NCBI GenBank assembly: GCA_903873905.1
Contig: CAIQQJ010000057.1
Span: forward strand, 8,058-72,057
Length of the DNA stretch: 64,000 nt
From: an uncultured Flavobacteriales bacterium
Lineage (GTDB): Bacteria > Bacteroidota > Bacteroidia > Palsa-965
Direction: 5' to 3'
In this document: positions 20,535 through 31,722 of the stretch, one piece after another
How positions within the stretch are numbered: the first letter of the stretch is position 1
Layout of the letters: every line of letters begins with the position of its first letter
Translations under genes and position numbers: made by a program
Notes under the pieces: generated by a model
What the model saw: only the letters and a program-made list of their open reading frames with translations
Databases searched by the model: none
Told to the model about the DNA's origin: nothing

Positions 20535-21761
20535 TCACCAAATCATCTTCACTTTTTCGGTTCGAAAAATTGTGGAAGTGCCTAGTTTCCCAACTTCGTT
20601 ATTTTTTCCATCAGCACCAACAAAACCAGCTTCTCCACTTTGTTTGCTCAACATTCCATAGGCTCCTCTTCCGCCCCTTCCTGCGTATCCGCCAGCTCCT
20701 TTGTTGCCAGATTTTCCACCGCTGTTGTTGACGACAATTTTATTTTTCCATTCCACAGCAGAAGAATCAAGATGAATGATTGCTACGCCACCATTTCCAC
20801 CACGACCTGCATTTCCACCATTTCCGCCGAATCCACCATTTCCGCCATTACCACTTGGGTTTTTTGTGGAATCAACACGGAGATCAATGTTAGGAGCGTA
20901 GGGTCCGTTGAACAAAACATTTTGCTGATAAAATTCTATGTGCTGAGGGTAGGGCATTGGTTCAACATAAGAAGCGCCAGCACCATCTGTACCTTTTTCT
21001 CCATTGCCACCATTTCCGCCATCACCACCATTGCCACCGCTTACGTCAACAAGAAGTGAACCTACATCAGGATCAATCAAAAAAACAGAATGAAGATTAT
21101 TGCAATGATTGATTACGAGAACACTTATCATTCTTTTTTCAGAAACCATTTTTGCTTTTACGAAAACATCAGCGATACAACCATCTGCTCCCGTTTCTCC
21201 ATCCGTTCCGTTTTGTCCTTGATGGCCATCGTATGATTTCCAATTTTTTGTTGTGTCAAGTCCATGAAGTTCTTCACCTGAAAGGCCATTAAAACCACCA
21301 AGACCATTTTGGCCTTTGCAATTGACAATGAATTTTGTTTTGTAGGAAATAGGCAATTCAATTTCCTGTTTCAGTTCAGGATAAAAAAAAGGTGTGACGG
21401 AAATTTTCAGAAAATCTTTTGCTATTCGCGGATCAGTTGAAACAATTATTTCCCCACGATCAAAGGTTCCCCCTTCAACATGAACGGAATAACTGTTCCA
21501 ATTCACAAATCCATTACAAAGTCCACGTGTTTTTAATTCTTTATGGAAAGGCGTTTCAGCAATAACGCCAATGGAAAAACTTGTTCCTGGAAAAATTGTT
21601 AGACTGTCTGTGGTAATGATTTTGATTTTGCTTACTTCGTAATTGTGCAGCTGGTCGGAAGTAAAATCATTGTAAGGATTAATGTGATTGAAGTGAAATA
21701 TTTTGCACGCAGGAACAATGACAAGCACGAACACGAATAGAAAAAATGTTCTCGGTTTCAT
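20535..21761 (-). CDS. Glycine-rich (G-x-x repeat) lipoprotein
   Basis: LVIVPAC lipobox; several GGNGGDGGNGG / GQNGTDGETGADG tracts separated by short beta segments. Confidence 0.75.
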   Translation of the reverse strand: MKPRTFFLFVFVLVIVPACKIFHFNHINPYNDFTSDQLHNYEVSKIKIITTDSLTIFPGTSFSIGVIAETPFHKELKTRGLCNGFVNWNSYSVHVEGGTFDRGEIIVSTDPRIAKDFLKISVTPFFYPELKQEIELPISYKTKFIVNCKGQNGLGGFNGLSGEELHGLDTTKNWKSYDGHQGQNGTDGETGADGCIADVFVKAKMVSEKRMISVLVINHCNNLHSVFLIDPDVGSLLVDVSGGNGGDGGNGGNGEKGTDGAGASYVEPMPYPQHIEFYQQNVLFNGPYAPNIDLRVDSTKNPSGNGGNGGFGGNGGNAGRGGNGGVAIIHLDSSAVEWKNKIVVNNSGGKSGNKGAGGYAGRGGRGAYGMLSKQSGEAGFVGADGKNNEVGKLGTSTIFRTEKVKMIW

Positions 21762-21870
21762 TTACAATAAATGTAGGAAACCTGTCGGCTAATAAAAAGC
21801 TTATTTGTCAGGTGGACGGCCTTTGGCAATAATTGGTCAAGATTTAGGATTTTGAAACAAGGAAACAAGT

Positions 21871-24027
21871 TCACTTTATTATTACCCCTGCCAACAAAAC
21901 ATCATCCACCTGATCGAGCTCCCCTTTCCAATCATCAAAAGTTTTTTCAATACTGTTTTTTTGTTGAGCTAGATTCTTGCCGCTGATTGTCAATAAGGTT
22001 TCCTTGAGTTGACTGTATTTGAATTTTTTCCCACTTGCGCCACCAAACTGATCGGCAAATCCATCTGTGAACATATAGAATGCATCAAGGTCTTTCAGTG
22101 GAATGGTATGAACGGTGAAAGGTTTCAAGTGTCCCTGAAAAACACCAACAGGTTGACGATCGCCTTTTATTTCGTGCATTTCTCCATTTGTAATATAATA
22201 CAACGGGTTATTTGCGCCAGCAAATTTTAACACATTATTTTCTTCATCAATGCAACAGAGGGATATGTCCATTCCGTCTTTTACACCTTTCATGGAGAGC
22301 AAATTTCCTTCGGGCCTATCAAAGTTGGTTTGTTTAAGTGCAGCAACAACCACATTTGCCATTTGTGTAAGAATTTCTCCTGGATCAGTAATGTGTTTTT
22401 CCTTTACGACTTCATTCAGTGCGGTATTCCCAATCAATGACATGAATGCGCCAGGAACGCCATGGCCTGTGCAGTCTACCACTGCCACAATTTTTGTTTT
22501 TCCGCTTTTCCCAATCCACCAGAAATCCCCACTAACAATATCTCTAGGACGGAAAAACACAAATGAACCAGGAAAAAGTTCGCGCATTTCTTCTTGTGTT
22601 GGCAGAACGGCGAATTGAATTCGTTTTGCATAGTTGATACTGTCGAGCATATCGTGATGTTGCTCGTCAACAATTTTTTTCTGCAAGGCAATTTCATTTT
22701 TCTGTTTTTCAAGAATAACATTTGCTTGTTTTGATTTTGTTGCATTTCTATAAATGACAAAAACAAGAATCACCAACAACACCAGAGCAGATCCCATAAA
22801 CAGATTTCTTCTTTTCTGTTCATCTAGCGCAACAGCTTTCAGATTGTTTTCCTTGGCAAGTGATTCAAAGGCTTTCTGTCGTCTCTCCGTATCAAATTTT
22901 GTATTTAGCTCATTTACCTGTTCGCTGTTTTTTTCATTAAAAATGCTGTCATTGATTTCATAATATTGTTTGTAATAATCCAATGCCTTTTTATCATCAC
23001 CTAGTTTCTCATATGCTTTGGAAAGCGATAGGTAATCAGACTTCATCATATCGCGATAGTCAAGTTCACGTGCGAGAGCGAGACTTTTGTTTTCGTACAG
23101 AATAGCCTGATCAAATTTTCCGTCTTCAATGTATAAATCTCCAAGATTATTGCAGATTAATGCAATCCCATTCTTGTCTCCAATTTTCTCACGAATTTCC
23201 AAAGCGCGATTGTAATAATCAATTGCTTTCGGAATGTTATTTTGATAGTTATAAATATTTGCAAGGTTATTCAGACAAACAGCAATGCCACGAAGATTGT
23301 TGCTTTTTGAAAAAAGCGCCAATGACTTTTCATAATAGTCAATTGCTTTTATGGTGTCCGTTAAATCCAAATACGTATTTCCAATTCGGGCATATGAATT
23401 TGCAACACGAGATTCATTACCTGCCTTTTGATATAAACGCAAACCAGTTTCTTCATAACGTAAAGCATCTTTATAATTTTTCTGATCATTATAAATGACA
23501 CCAATATTCAAATAAGAATTTGCGGCTTCTTCTACATTTTTTTCTCCAATATTGGAAGTCAATGCTTGATTGTAGGAAATCAAGGCTTTGGGATAATCAC
23601 CTTTCTCTCGATAAATGAATCCCAATTTGTTCATTGCAAAAATCACATTATTACTGTCTCCAACTGCTCTTGCCAATTTTATGGATTTATGAAAAATATT
23701 CAAAGCCGTATCACTTTCTCCGGAGTAATAAAGTGCGTACGCAAGATTATTCATCGCTTCAGATTTTTCGAGATTGTTCTTTCTTTTTGTTGCAATCTCA
23801 AGTGCTTGTTTCGCGAAATAGATAGATGATTTATTATCAGTTGGAGAAAGCTTCACACTGATTTGATTGCAAATTCGAAACTTTGCTGTGTCCGATCCTG
23901 CGTTTTTGACAAGTGAAAGCAAGGAATCGTTTTGGGAAATGGCAAGACGAGGAATTGCCAATAATAAAAAAAAGAAAAAATAAAATATTGCAGAAAATGG
24001 AATACGATTTGAAAGATGGAAATTCAT
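21871..24027 (-). CDS. TPR sensor - TM - PP2C/SpoIIE phosphatase
   Basis: Regular TPR array, TM, DSINYAKRIQ, RPRDIVSGDFWW, DCTGHGVPGA, TDGFADQFGG, QVDD. Confidence 0.93.
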   Translation of the reverse strand: MNFHLSNRIPFSAIFYFFFFLLLAIPRLAISQNDSLLSLVKNAGSDTAKFRICNQISVKLSPTDNKSSIYFAKQALEIATKRKNNLEKSEAMNNLAYALYYSGESDTALNIFHKSIKLARAVGDSNNVIFAMNKLGFIYREKGDYPKALISYNQALTSNIGEKNVEEAANSYLNIGVIYNDQKNYKDALRYEETGLRLYQKAGNESRVANSYARIGNTYLDLTDTIKAIDYYEKSLALFSKSNNLRGIAVCLNNLANIYNYQNNIPKAIDYYNRALEIREKIGDKNGIALICNNLGDLYIEDGKFDQAILYENKSLALARELDYRDMMKSDYLSLSKAYEKLGDDKKALDYYKQYYEINDSIFNEKNSEQVNELNTKFDTERRQKAFESLAKENNLKAVALDEQKRRNLFMGSALVLLVILVFVIYRNATKSKQANVILEKQKNEIALQKKIVDEQHHDMLDSINYAKRIQFAVLPTQEEMRELFPGSFVFFRPRDIVSGDFWWIGKSGKTKIVAVVDCTGHGVPGAFMSLIGNTALNEVVKEKHITDPGEILTQMANVVVAALKQTNFDRPEGNLLSMKGVKDGMDISLCCIDEENNVLKFAGANNPLYYITNGEMHEIKGDRQPVGVFQGHLKPFTVHTIPLKDLDAFYMFTDGFADQFGGASGKKFKYSQLKETLLTISGKNLAQQKNSIEKTFDDWKGELDQVDDVLLAGVIIK

Positions 24028-24114
24028 TGTAGGGAAATTCTATTCAGATTGTGAATGTACGAATTACCTTATGATGATTTATGCTTTTGCTCAAAAGGAT
24101 GTCGGTAGGTACAA

Positions 24115-24152
24115 TGAAAAACCCCTCCATTTTTCAATGAAAGGATTTTTCA
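24115..24152 (-). terminator. Probable intrinsic terminator after nrdA
   Basis: Imperfect hairpin TGAAAAACCCCTCCATT...AATGAAAGGATTTTTCA about 20 bp past the stop. Confidence 0.5.
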
Positions 24153-24173
24153 ATTTTTATTTAAAAGAGTCAA

Positions 24174-26552
24174 TTAGCTGCCACACGCTTCACATGCATC
24201 CGGATTATCCAGTGAACAAGCTATTTCAGATAATCTTTGTTCTGTGGAAATGTTTTCTGTTTCCGCTTCAACATTCGGTTGGGTCAATGCGGCCTGATCA
24301 ACAGTAAACTTAATGGCGTCGGCTGCGGCTTTGGTTCGCAAGTAATACATTCCTGTTTTCAAACCTTTTTCCCAAGCATAAAAATGCATGGAAGTGAGTT
24401 TTGCGAAATTCGCGCTTGGCACAAAAAGATTAAGCGATTGTGATTGACAAATGAAAGCACCACGATCAGCAGCCATATCGATGAGCGCGCGTTGTGGGAT
24501 TTCCCAAACGGTACGATATAAATCTTTTATGTTCTGTGGAATTTCCGGAATATCCTGAACAGAACCATTCGCTCCGATGATTTTATTTTTCAGATTATCA
24601 TTCCACAAACCAAGCTTCACCAAATCTTTCAGCAAATGTTTGTTCACCACAACAAATTCTCCTGATAAAACTCGTCGTGTGTAAATGTTGGAAGTATACG
24701 GCTCGAAACATTCATTGTTGCCGAGAATTTGTGATGTTGAAGCGGTGGGCATTGGTGCAAGCAAAAGTGAATTGCGAACGCCATGTGTTTTTACTTCCTC
24801 TTTCAAAATATCCCATTCCCAACGTGAACTTGGAGTAACGTTCCACATATCAAATTGGAAAATTCCTTTTGACACAGGAGAACCTACAAACGTTTCATAT
24901 GGCCCATCTTTTTTTGCGAGATCTTTTGATGCTGTCATTGCAGCGTAATAAATTGTCTCGTGAATTTCTGCATTCAATTTTCTTGCCTCTTCACAATCAA
25001 ATGGAAGACGTAATAAAATAAAAACATCGGCCAACCCTTGAATTCCCAAACCAATTGGGCGATGCCGCATATTGGAACGACGGGCTTCTGGAACTGGATA
25101 ATAATTCCCGTCAATGATTTTGTTCAAATTCTTTGTGACGTGATAGGTAATGTCAAACAAACGCTGATGATCAAATGTTCCTTTGTCAACGAATCGTGGA
25201 AGTGCAAGTGATGCCAAATTACAAACCGCAATTTCATCAGGTGCCGTGTATTCAATAATTTCCGTGCAAAGGTTAGAGGATTTTATTGTTCCAAGATTTT
25301 GTTGGTTGCTTTTCTTGTTTGCAGCATCCTTAAATAACATGTAAGGATTTCCAGTTTCAATTTGTGACTCAAGAATTGCGAACCAAAGATCTTGCGCTTT
25401 AATTTGTTTGCGGAATTTTCCTTCTGCTTCGTATCGTGTGTAAAGTTTTTCAAATTCATCACCCCAACAATCGGCCAGTCCCGGTGCTTCATTCGGACAG
25501 AACAAAGACCAATCGCCATTTTCTTTCACACGTTTCATGAATAAGTCAGGAGTCCACATAGCAGTGAATAAATCACGTGCTCGCATTTCTTCTTTTCCAT
25601 TGTTCTTGCGCATGTCAAGAAATTCAAAAACATCTGCATGCCATGGTTCAAGATAAATTGCAAATGAACCTTTTCTTTTTCCACCACCTTGATCAACATA
25701 ACGGGCAGTGTCATTAAAAACGCGAAGCATTGGAATGATTCCATTCGACACTCCATTTGTTCCTTTGATGTACGAACCTGTTGCACGAATGTTATGAATG
25801 CTTAAGCCAATTCCGCCTGCGCTTTGAGAAATCTTTGCACAATTTTTCAAAGTATCATAAATGCCATCAATACTATCATCTTTCATTGTCAATAAAAAAC
25901 AAGAAGACATTTGTGGTTTTGGAGTTCCCGCATTGAAAAGTGTTGGCGTTGCATGTGTGAACCAACGTTCACTCATCAAATTGTAGGTTTCAATTGCAGA
26001 TTCAATATCTTCCTTATGAATTCCAACAGCAACGCGCATGATCATGTGTTGTGGACGCTCAGCAACTTTTCCGTGCAATTTCAAAAGATACGAACGCTCC
26101 AATGTTTTAAATCCAAAATAATCATAACCAAAATCGCGATCATAGATTATTGATGAGTCGAGAAGCTGTGCATTATTTTTTATTATTTCAAAAACATCAT
26201 CTGCAATGAGGGCCGCTTTCTGTCCAGTTTTTGGATCGAGATAGGTGTAAAGCATCTCCATTGTTTTGGAAAATGATTTCTCCGTATTCTTATGAAGATT
26301 TGAAACAGCAATGCGCGATGCGAGCAATGCATAATCAGGATGTGTTGTGGTAAGTGACGCGGCAGTTTCAGCGGCGAGATTGTCGAGTTCACTAGTTGTA
26401 ACACCAGGATAAATCCCTTGAATTACTTTCATTGCAACCTCAACAGGATTGACATGCACAGCATCGAGTGCATAACAGAGTTTTTGAATGCGTGCGGTGA
26501 TCTTGTCGAATTTTATGGATTCTTTACTTCCATCGCGTTTAATAACGTACAT
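24174..26552 (-). CDS. nrdA: Ribonucleoside-diphosphate reductase class Ia alpha subunit with ATP cone
   Basis: VIKRDG ATP cone, [38 protein letters not shown]-terminal CEAC. Confidence 0.98.
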   Translation of the reverse strand: MYVIKRDGSKESIKFDKITARIQKLCYALDAVHVNPVEVAMKVIQGIYPGVTTSELDNLAAETAASLTTTHPDYALLASRIAVSNLHKNTEKSFSKTMEMLYTYLDPKTGQKAALIADDVFEIIKNNAQLLDSSIIYDRDFGYDYFGFKTLERSYLLKLHGKVAERPQHMIMRVAVGIHKEDIESAIETYNLMSERWFTHATPTLFNAGTPKPQMSSCFLLTMKDDSIDGIYDTLKNCAKISQSAGGIGLSIHNIRATGSYIKGTNGVSNGIIPMLRVFNDTARYVDQGGGKRKGSFAIYLEPWHADVFEFLDMRKNNGKEEMRARDLFTAMWTPDLFMKRVKENGDWSLFCPNEAPGLADCWGDEFEKLYTRYEAEGKFRKQIKAQDLWFAILESQIETGNPYMLFKDAANKKSNQQNLGTIKSSNLCTEIIEYTAPDEIAVCNLASLALPRFVDKGTFDHQRLFDITYHVTKNLNKIIDGNYYPVPEARRSNMRHRPIGLGIQGLADVFILLRLPFDCEEARKLNAEIHETIYYAAMTASKDLAKKDGPYETFVGSPVSKGIFQFDMWNVTPSSRWEWDILKEEVKTHGVRNSLLLAPMPTASTSQILGNNECFEPYTSNIYTRRVLSGEFVVVNKHLLKDLVKLGLWNDNLKNKIIGANGSVQDIPEIPQNIKDLYRTVWEIPQRALIDMAADRGAFICQSQSLNLFVPSANFAKLTSMHFYAWEKGLKTGMYYLRTKAAADAIKFTVDQAALTQPNVEAETENISTEQRLSEIACSLDNPDACEACGS

Positions 26553-26616
26553 AAGTGTTTTTTATAAAATATTTTTTGAAGACTAAATTATTTCTGGACA
26601 GATCGTTTTTGAGTTA

Positions 26617-27594
26617 CTAAAAATCCTCGTCGAGACTGAAAACATTTTTCGAACTATCTCCTGCAACACCTGCCTTCTGATATTCCGCAACACGCTTCTC
26701 AAAAAAGTTTGTTTTCCCCTGCAGCGAAATCATTTCCATGAAGTCGAATGGATTCGTTGCATTGTAAATTTTTCTGCATCCCAAGGAAAGCAACAAACGA
26801 TCAGCAACAAATTCAATATACTGACACATTAAATCTGCGTTCATTCCAATTAATTTTACGGGAATTGAATCTGTCACGAATTCTTTTTCAATTGAAACGG
26901 CATTTGAAATAATATCAATGACTTGTTGTTCGGGAAGTTTGTTGTTGAGGTATTTCGTGTACAGCAGACAGGCAAAATCGCAATGCAAACCTTCATCGCG
27001 AGAAATCAATTCATTAGAGAATGAAAGGCCAGGCATAAGTCCGCGTTTCTTCAACCAGAAAATGGAGCAGAATGAACCGGAAAAGAAAATTCCTTCGACT
27101 GCTGCAAAAGCAATCAATCGTTCTGCGAAAGTTCCATTTGCAATCCAGCGCATGGCCCAATCCGCTTTGTTTTTCACAGCAGGAACCGTATCAACAGCAT
27201 GGAACAAATGATCTTTCTCAACAGGATCTTTGATATAGGTATCGATCAACAACGAATACGTTTCGCTGTGAATATTTTCAATCATGATTTGATAACCATA
27301 GAAACAACGAGCCTCTGGAAATTGAACTTCGCGCATGAAATTGATGGCAAGATTTTCATTTACAATTCCATCACTCGCTGCAAAAAACGCAAGAACATTT
27401 TTGATGAAGAAACGTTCATCATCACTTAATTTATTTGCCCAATCAGAAAGGTCCGGTGACAAATCGATTTCTTCCGCTGTCCAGAAACTCGCTTCGGCCA
27501 TTTTATACATTTCCCAAATATCATTGTGCTGAATTGGGAAAAGCACAAAACGATCTTTATTCTCCTGGAGAATAGGTTCACTTGATTCGGTCAT
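26617..27594 (-). CDS. nrdB: Ribonucleoside-diphosphate reductase beta subunit
   Basis: [48 protein letters not shown]. Confidence 0.98.
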   Translation of the reverse strand: MTESSEPILQENKDRFVLFPIQHNDIWEMYKMAEASFWTAEEIDLSPDLSDWANKLSDDERFFIKNVLAFFAASDGIVNENLAINFMREVQFPEARCFYGYQIMIENIHSETYSLLIDTYIKDPVEKDHLFHAVDTVPAVKNKADWAMRWIANGTFAERLIAFAAVEGIFFSGSFCSIFWLKKRGLMPGLSFSNELISRDEGLHCDFACLLYTKYLNNKLPEQQVIDIISNAVSIEKEFVTDSIPVKLIGMNADLMCQYIEFVADRLLLSLGCRKIYNATNPFDFMEMISLQGKTNFFEKRVAEYQKAGVAGDSSKNVFSLDEDF

Positions 27595-27656
27595 AAAAAT
27601 TCTAGTCTTTGGCGGGTTAGTGGATGTACTTGACGGACACTTTTATATTGTTGGCG

Positions 27657-27680
27657 AAAAAAGCAGGCCTTGGCCTGCTC
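27657..27680 (-). terminator. Terminator-like hairpin inside the nrdB upstream region
   Basis: Minus strand GAGCAGGCC-AA-GGCCTGCT-TTTTT, 60-85 nt before the nrdB ATG. Confidence 0.5.
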
Positions 27681-27966
27681 AATTATATTATTGAATGAAT
27701 TACGGTTGAGTTGTTATGAGAATATATTTGATGATTTTCTTCCAGGCAAATTTTTAGAAAATTGTGGTAACGACCAAAGAATTTCAATTAACAAAGACTC
27801 CGAGTTTTAAACACTGAAAAAAAAATCCTTTGTTGATAACGAATGGTAACCCATCAGTTCTTTAGGATTGATGCGACCTTGAACGTGAGCGAAAAGTAAA
27901 TGATAAAAAATGTTGTTTCAATTTGCTTTAATGAACATTACGACAGAATGAATCCCACCAACAGAA

Positions 27967-27983
27967 ACTGATAATTGTCAATT
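27967..27983. promoter_or_regulatory. FNR/Crp-like palindrome (copy 2), upstream of nrdBA
   Basis: ACTGATAATTGTCAATT; differs from copies 1 and 3 at two symmetric positions. Confidence 0.45.
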
Positions 27984-28026
27984 ACCAAAGTGTAGTTTTT
28001 TAGAATAAAAAGGAGACGTGAATTTC

Positions 28027-28617
28027 TTAAGACTTTTTCTTTTTTTCTTTTGTCTCAATAAACTTCGCAGCAGCGTCCAATTCTTTATACCACGCCGTTC
28101 CATATTTGCGAATCAGCGCGGTCTTTACAAATTTGTAAACGGGAACTTCCATTTTTTCTCCGCATGCACAAGCGGGTTTGCAAATGTCCCATGTTTCATA
28201 ATTCACCGCATCAAATTTTTTGTAAGCAGTGATTCTCACAGGATATAAATGACAAGAAACCGGTTTCTGAAATTTTATTTTTCCATCTTTCCAGGCTCTT
28301 TCAATTCCACAAAATGCAATTCCTTTTTCAAAAATGGTGTAAGCACATTCTTTATTTTCGTCCACCAATGGTGTTACTTTATCACCATCTGTATCGGTCA
28401 TCCATCGCCCTTGTTTTTCAATAGCTTCAATTCCTTTCGCCGTCATGTATGGTTTGACTTTCGGATAAATTTCATCCAGGATTTTTGTTTCATCATCTTC
28501 TAGAGGTGCACCAGAATCTCCATGAATGCAACAAGCACCTTTGCATGCGTTTAGATCGCATACAAATTGTTTTTCTACCAGATCATCTGATATGAGCGTT
28601 CTTCCAATTTCAATCAT
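28027..28617 (-). CDS. DUF3109 family cysteine-rich protein
   Basis: FVCDLNACKGACCIHGDSGAPL, CGIE, KPVSCHLYPVR, ICKPAC; start set at MIEIG. Confidence 0.92.
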   Translation of the reverse strand: MIEIGRTLISDDLVEKQFVCDLNACKGACCIHGDSGAPLEDDETKILDEIYPKVKPYMTAKGIEAIEKQGRWMTDTDGDKVTPLVDENKECAYTIFEKGIAFCGIERAWKDGKIKFQKPVSCHLYPVRITAYKKFDAVNYETWDICKPACACGEKMEVPVYKFVKTALIRKYGTAWYKELDAAAKFIETKEKKKKS

Positions 28618-28742
28618 ACTGTAAAAGTAATTGGAATTTGGAATGTTTTTATGTTGGAACAGTTTTAGCCAATTGGTGTTGCAGAACAACCAATTTGTAA
28701 AGAAGGGACTAAAAAGAAAGGGGATAAATAATCGGCGGTATA

Positions 28743-28773
28743 TGGAGATTCAGGCGAAATACCTGAATCTCCA
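28743..28773. terminator. Hairpin downstream of the 28830-30161 gene
   Basis: TGGAGATTCAGG / CCTGAATCTCCA perfect 12-bp stem. Confidence 0.55.
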
Positions 28774-28829
28774 CATTGTTGTTCCACCGAGATGCTTGTC
28801 GCATCGACTCTACTACTTTATTAATAGAC

Positions 28830-30161
28830 TTATTTGGTAATCAAGATTGGAATACGTTTAACTCCAACCTCGGATGATAATTGTAAAATGTAAAGGCCTT
28901 CTTCGATTGCATCAGTTGAAATAGTTGTGATGTTTTTTCCTGCTGAAAAAGAAAGATCCTTATGATATACTATTTGACCCGTTAGGTTTATTAATTGTAG
29001 AGAATAACTTTCGTTATTTAGTGAGTTTAATTCTACAAAAAGCAATCCGCTACTTGGATTTGGATACACATTGAGTTCTGATGAAATATCTAAAGAATTC
29101 ACACCAACTGTGCTAATAATTGACACGGTGTTTGTTGTTGTGCAGGCATGTGCATCCGTAACAGTCACTGTGTAAGTTCCGGCAGCGAGTCCAACTGCAG
29201 TTTGTGTGGTCTGTCCTCCAGGATTCCAAACGTATGTATAAGGACTTGTTCCGCCCGCAGGTGTTGCTGTTGCTGTACCGTCAGGTGTCACGTTTGTTTG
29301 GTTAGTAGAACCCATTGTTGTTGATAGTACGGCTGCAGGTTGTGTAATTGCAACAGTTGCAGTTTGTGTGGCACTCACTCCATCTGTAACAGTTACAGTA
29401 TAACTACCTGCGCACAATCCTGTAGCAGTAGCAGTGGTTTGTGTAGGAGAAGAATTCCATGAATAAGTATAAGGAGGTGTGCCACCAGTTGCACTTACCG
29501 TAGCGGTTCCATTGCATACATTTCGGCAAGCAACATTTGTTGAATTTGAAATCGCAATTCCTAGTGGGCCTGGCTCACAAGCTGCTAATGAAGCTACATA
29601 AATATAATCTCCTGTTTCATCACCGGTGCCATTCGCTGCATTAAAGCATGCATAAAAAGTGCCGCATCCTGAACCTGCTATTGGGGCTGTCCAATTGAAT
29701 GTCCACGAAGCTGTATTGGGATTTATAATATGATTGTTTCCTCTGATATATTGCAATCCACCGGATGTTGTAACTATAGTTGAAGGAGTTGAAGTTAGGG
29801 TGCCAAACGATGTGCAATTGGATTTTTGTGGGCTAAGCTCGAAGTTGAAAAAATTTCGGCCAGTATAATTTATTGTTACAGTTATGCTGTATGTATTACC
29901 ACCAATATATCCACCAGCGGGAATATTACTTGTAATGGATGAAGAACCTATTCCAGAATTGACAACAAAATCACTATGACAGGAAGAGCAATCACTACCA
30001 TCGCAAGGCGATCCTGAATATCCTGTAGGAGGAGTAGGGTCGAAAAGCATTGACATAAAACTCATAAATGGGAGAGAAAATAAAACCAAAAGAATTATTT
30101 TCATTTTGTGAATCTTAGCGGAAAGGCTAAAACCGAGAATGTGTTTTTTAATTGTTTTCAT
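28830..30161 (-). CDS. T9SS cargo: Reeler-like (choice-of-anchor V-like) domain, two SprB repeats, type A CTD
   Basis: GYSGSP...CSSCH; WTFNWTAP...FYACFNAANG; GGTPPYTYSW...GLCAGSYTVTVTD twice; VYPNPS...GLYILQ. Confidence 0.85.
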   Translation of the reverse strand: MKTIKKHILGFSLSAKIHKMKIILLVLFSLPFMSFMSMLFDPTPPTGYSGSPCDGSDCSSCHSDFVVNSGIGSSSITSNIPAGGYIGGNTYSITVTINYTGRNFFNFELSPQKSNCTSFGTLTSTPSTIVTTSGGLQYIRGNNHIINPNTASWTFNWTAPIAGSGCGTFYACFNAANGTGDETGDYIYVASLAACEPGPLGIAISNSTNVACRNVCNGTATVSATGGTPPYTYSWNSSPTQTTATATGLCAGSYTVTVTDGVSATQTATVAITQPAAVLSTTMGSTNQTNVTPDGTATATPAGGTSPYTYVWNPGGQTTQTAVGLAAGTYTVTVTDAHACTTTNTVSIISTVGVNSLDISSELNVYPNPSSGLLFVELNSLNNESYSLQLINLTGQIVYHKDLSFSAGKNITTISTDAIEEGLYILQLSSEVGVKRIPILITK

Positions 30162-30225
30162 GATGTTTTTATTAAGAGATTTTCTTTGCAGTAAAGCTCA
30201 ACAAAAATGCTCTAAAAACATGTAT

Positions 30226-30292
30226 TGACAAATGATTAAGAAAGGTTTATGGGTGGACAAATGACAAAAAAAAAACCGACAAAAGCCTGTTT
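30226..30292 (-). promoter_or_regulatory. Shared upstream motif, copy A (diverged)
   Basis: GACAAATGA..AAAGGTTT..GACAAATGAC-poly(A)-CGACAAAAGCCTGTTT aligns with copies B and C. Confidence 0.5.
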
Positions 30293-30318
30293 TTAAAACA
30301 TGCGGCACTTTTGATAAC

Positions 30319-30356
30319 AAAGAAACCTTGCCAATTTTTTCAGCAAGGTTTCTTTT
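30319..30356 (-). terminator. Intrinsic terminator after the 30370-31449 gene
   Basis: AAAGAAACCTTGC...GCAAGGTTTCTTTT stem. Confidence 0.75.
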
Positions 30357-30369
30357 ATACTCTACGATT

Positions 30370-31449
30370 TTACTTTGTTATTGTAATCGGCAAACACTTC
30401 ATACTTCCATTTGAAGCAGTAATCTGAAGCATATATAAACCTTCACTAATTCCTTCAACAGAAATAGCATTTAGATTTTTTCCTTTTGCAATATGCAATG
30501 TTTCATTATATACAATTCGTCCTGTCATATCAATAACCTTCATCAAATAGTCTTCGTTTTCTGGAGCATTAATCGCAACAGAGAACTCGCCTTGACTTGG
30601 ATTTGGGAAAACATTAACAGAAGATTGGTTTTCGATTGAAGAAACTCCAACATCTCCAACAACTGAATTCCACTTAACTTGATAAATTACATTGCTATCA
30701 GCATAATACTCGATGTCAACAATTGGACCAGCTGTATTTGAAACATAAGAATAGGATTGTGTATTTGTGTTGGCTGTAAAAAGACTAATCCAATAGTGGT
30801 AAGGTCCAACAACAATTTTTGCCCAAGTGCTGTCAATTGAATGTTTTACGATGTTCTGACGCAGGCAATAAAAACCACCATGTGGCGTGTGTACCGTGCC
30901 CCAGCCATCAATGGTTGAAGAGGTAATAATTGTTTCTTTTTCTCTTACTGAATCAACAAAATAACCTTGATACAATGCGCCATAAACAAATTTTGCATCA
31001 TAGGCTGCGGTATCTGTAAAAGCAGTAAAGTAGGTTGAAGGGAAAGTTATTATTGTCTGAGGATTACTATAAACCTGCGCATTATTCACAGAGTTTCCCA
31101 ATAAATCACCAGCAACTCCGTAAAAGTCCAATTTAGTGGAAGTGGTATCAAAATAAAAATAATTAGTGTCCAGATGCATACACACATTTGCATTTGTGTA
31201 ATTCGACCCTAATAGTCCAGAGGACGCAGATGTAAAAGTGCTTATGATTGTATCATGCGCATGCAACGCTGTAAAGTTCCAATCGGCATTGGCACCAGCA
31301 GATCCTGGGGTAATTGTAGTGTTTGTATCAATGTATTGCGTTAGGGGAGAGCTCACATCAATATAATCACTGGATGTCACCGTGATTTGCGCCTTAACGG
31401 AAAAGGCACTCAAACCTAGAGTTGCAAGGGAAAATAAAATTTTTTTCAT
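30370..31449 (-). CDS. T9SS cargo protein of unknown function
   Basis: Signal peptide ...VKAQ; PGSAGANADWNF and DGWGTVHTP motifs; VFPNPS...GLYMLQ CTD. Confidence 0.85.
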   Translation of the reverse strand: MKKILFSLATLGLSAFSVKAQITVTSSDYIDVSSPLTQYIDTNTTITPGSAGANADWNFTALHAHDTIISTFTSASSGLLGSNYTNANVCMHLDTNYFYFDTTSTKLDFYGVAGDLLGNSVNNAQVYSNPQTIITFPSTYFTAFTDTAAYDAKFVYGALYQGYFVDSVREKETIITSSTIDGWGTVHTPHGGFYCLRQNIVKHSIDSTWAKIVVGPYHYWISLFTANTNTQSYSYVSNTAGPIVDIEYYADSNVIYQVKWNSVVGDVGVSSIENQSSVNVFPNPSQGEFSVAINAPENEDYLMKVIDMTGRIVYNETLHIAKGKNLNAISVEGISEGLYMLQITASNGSMKCLPITITK

Positions 31450-31560
31450 GATTTTTATTTTTAAGTAATGTTGATTTTTTTGAAGTCTATTGAATCTGCG
31501 AGAGTAACAATAAGTACAACTGTTTTAGATGTAGCAAAAGTGCCTAATTGTTGAATTCTC

Positions 31561-31625
31561 GAGAATGACATACAAAAGGTTTCAGAAAGACAGTTGGCTA
31601 AAAAAAAAGCGACCAATGTCTATTT
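31561..31625 (-). promoter_or_regulatory. Shared upstream motif, copy B
   Basis: GAGAATGACATACAAAAGGTTTCAGAAAGACAGTTGGCT-poly(A)-GCGACCAATGTCTATTT, near-identical to copy C. Confidence 0.7.
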
Positions 31626-31722
31626 TGTTGTTTTGAATTATAAATTATTTTTTTTTGCAACCGCGCGAACACCTGCTCTGAACTAATATTTCCGAAGATG
31701 ATCAACAAGATTTGAGAAAGAT

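Noticed and set aside
24174..27594. Intein, intron or eukaryotic contamination in nrdAB
   Set aside because: Lengths are normal with no insertions, and eukaryote-like class Ia RNR is expected in Bacteroidota.
27600..27900. Cobalamin riboswitch or NrdR box upstream of nrdB
   Set aside because: No GGGAA/GCCACTG/B12-box core recognised; ACACTTTTATATTGTTG near 27637 is only a weak NrdR-like match.
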